Positions 34,878-36,485 of a DNA stretch of 36,485 nucleotides are shown one piece after another. The position numbers were made by a program, and so were the translations under genes. Source of the DNA: a virus (Duplodnaviria > Caudoviricetes); IMG/VR virus record IMGVR_UViG_3300037782_000006, positions 1 to 36,485 of that record. The stretch is one strand, 5' to 3'. The notes beneath the pieces were generated by a model, which saw only the letters and a program-made list of their open reading frames with translations, was not told where the DNA came from and did no database searches. Position 1 is the first letter of the stretch; each line of letters starts with the position of its first letter.

Positions 34878-35842
34878 GCCATTGCCTCGATGGTAAAGTC
34901 CCGACCACCGAAACGCTCCTTAATTGCATCTCGCAACGTCCTGCACTTGGGGCTAACCCCTTCAACGTGCCAGACACCAGTTGTCGGGTTTCTCATCTTC
35001 AGGAACGGTGCATAGTCATGACTCTGAAAAAGCGTTTCCATATCCCAAAGTTCATATTCAGATGAACTCCAAAACGGTTCATCGTAATTCTCGTGGGTAT
35101 CGATCTTTTTGCCGAGGCCCAAAAGGTTCTCAACTCCAAACTTGCGAATGAATTCTGCCCGAACGTCTGCATTCTTTTCGGCCATAAACTGCTCGGTGGT
35201 CAGCTTGTGGCTGTCCGTCATCACAAGATACTCTGGAACATTTACGCCGTTAAGGTAGTACAGCTTGAAGTTGCCGCGGCCAGCATATTCCAATGCCGGG
35301 GCACCATCCTTGTGCAGTACCCGGTTCTCGTTCAGGTGGATCACAGTTGGCTTCTGCGAAACAATAACACACTGGTCGATGGGATAAATCATGCCCAGTT
35401 CGCTGGTACGTTCCCAAATCTCATATTTGCGAGCCAGGGCAGGCGCAATGCTCAGTGCATCGTAACCAAACTGCTCAATGAAGTAATTATAGAACGAGAA
35501 CAACGAGGCAAAGAATGATCCAGTCTGGTAGGGCATTTGAGGCTTTGGCATATCGTACCCATCTGGGTTGCCGTCAAAGAATCGGTACATCTTTTCTGCT
35601 ACGTTGTACCATTTTGTATCCGCATCCAAGTCGAATAGACAGCAACACACCCATGCCTCGATGGGGTTGTCCACGATGAGGACGGGAACCTTTTCCTTGC
35701 ACAGGATCTGAGTTTGATAGTCGTTAATGATTTCAGCAGTGCGGTCATAGTTCAGCCGCTCCGTGCTGGTTCCAATGCCAATCCACTTTTCGACATAGGC
35801 AGGCATTACGTCTTTTTGTTTTTGTGTGAGTTCTTTGATCAT
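34874..35842 (-). CDS. DUF6745-like protein
   Basis: MIKELT..Q..........W..IG.ST, IVSQKP, LHKDGAPALEY, LYYLNGV.VP, EKNADVR, KMRNPTTG..H.EGV.P. Confidence 0.75.
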   Translation of the reverse strand: MIKELTQKQKDVMPAYVEKWIGIGTSTERLNYDRTAEIINDYQTQILCKEKVPVLIVDNPIEAWVCCCLFDLDADTKWYNVAEKMYRFFDGNPDGYDMPKPQMPYQTGSFFASLFSFYNYFIEQFGYDALSIAPALARKYEIWERTSELGMIYPIDQCVIVSQKPTVIHLNENRVLHKDGAPALEYAGRGNFKLYYLNGVNVPEYLVMTDSHKLTTEQFMAEKNADVRAEFIRKFGVENLLGLGKKIDTHENYDEPFWSSSEYELWDMETLFQSHDYAPFLKMRNPTTGVWHVEGVSPKCRTLRDAIKERFGGRDFTIEAMA

Positions 35843-35844
35843 AA

Positions 35845-36033
35845 TTAGTTTTTCCCTGGCAAAAGTTTAAGCAGTGACTTAGTCAGTTCGTTGACCAGTT
35901 GGCGCTGGATTGTCATTAGGTTTAGGTTTTCCTCAGCCAGCTCGTCCTTTTCAAATTCAAGTTGCTGGATCGTTTCGCGCATATCCTCAATGGTGGCTAA
36001 TGCGGATTCATAGACTTCTCTTGATACGGTCAT
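35845..36033 (-). CDS. Small coiled-coil hypothetical protein (62 aa)
   Basis: Start trimmed to MTVSRE (ATGA overlap with the resolvase stop); heptad pattern. Confidence 0.6.
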   Translation of the reverse strand: MTVSREVYESALATIEDMRETIQQLEFEKDELAEENLNLMTIQRQLVNELTKSLLKLLPGKN

Positions 36034-36347
36034 TTTTTTATTAAGTTTAGAAATTGATCTGCCTGCAATGTCACCAGCCATTGTCCCCGATTGCGCTTGT
36101 GAGCAACAACAGGGACTTGATGGCTGGCAGCATCGCGTTGAGCCTGAGCAATGGCGCTGTGGATATTGAGCGCCTCGACGCATTTCACCTCAAAGTGAAT
36201 CCAGTCAAGTTCGGGACATTTGACATCTGGCGAGTCTGGCCCGCCTGCACGTTGCTGACCTCGTTCGGCTTCGTAACCGAATGACCTCAACTTGTCCCGC
36301 CATGCACGTTCACCCCGTGCGCCTTTTGCTCGGCTATTGATTGGCAT
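36030..36347 (-). CDS. Holliday junction resolvase, Hjc-like PD-(D/E)XK
   Basis: NSRAKGARGER, PDV, HFEVK, QAQRDA, PVVAHKRN..W. Confidence 0.85.
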   Translation of the reverse strand: MPINSRAKGARGERAWRDKLRSFGYEAERGQQRAGGPDSPDVKCPELDWIHFEVKCVEALNIHSAIAQAQRDAASHQVPVVAHKRNRGQWLVTLQADQFLNLIKK

Positions 36348-36443
36348 TAGAATTTGGTATTTGAGTTGATTTCAACGCAGCTAAGATTAGCACCTCTCAA
36401 ATAGAGACCCGTAAGGTTGGCACCGCAAAGATTGGCACCGATA
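36347..36443 (-). CDS. Pentapeptide repeat protein, 3' part (continuation of 200..1)
   Basis: ...IGANLCGANLTGLYLRGANLSCVEINSNTKF*; TAA overlaps the ATG of the resolvase. Confidence 0.88.
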
Positions 36444-36485
36444 AGGTTAGCACCTCTAAGGTTGCCACCCACAAGGTCGGCATTT
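36444..36485. repeat. Terminal direct repeat (circular assembly overlap), right copy
   Basis: Identical to 1..42. Confidence 0.95.

Noticed and set aside
287-36284. Numerous plus-strand and nested alternative-frame ORFs in the track
   Set aside because: They overlap well-supported minus-strand genes and carry no recognisable motifs
1-36485. tRNA or rRNA genes and rho-independent terminators
   Set aside because: I recognised no cloverleaf, rRNA or convincing hairpin-plus-U-tract in the few intergenic gaps

Overview
The window looks like a complete circular genome (about 36,443 bp; 1..42 repeats exactly at 36444..36485) of a tailed, lambda-like siphophage. Every supported gene is on the minus strand. 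Modules: packaging and head (Nu1/GpA-type terminase, gpW-like adaptor, lambda-family portal, ClpP protease/scaffold, capsid); non-contractile tail (two tube paralogs, frameshifted chaperone, tape measure, tail tip, fibre); replication (Prim-Pol/AAA helicase, two SF2 helicases, DNA methyltransferase, resolvase); recombination (DUF3799 exonuclease, SSB-like). I recognised no integrase, repressor or endolysin. The standout is an RNA-guided TIGR-Tas locus: an HNH + Nop/IS110-like protein (TasH-type, 2916..3842) followed 12 nt later by 17 perfectly phased 36-nt dual-spacer units (2292..2903). TIGR-Tas is a recently described family, so this is a new instance rather than a new class; its repeats look variant (AG after each spacer, near-invariant A at spacer position 9). 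A second oddity is a chain of five overlapping SVxD-repeat mini-genes (34004..34877) inside a DUF6745-type module. All calls come from reading motifs by eye; no database search was run.
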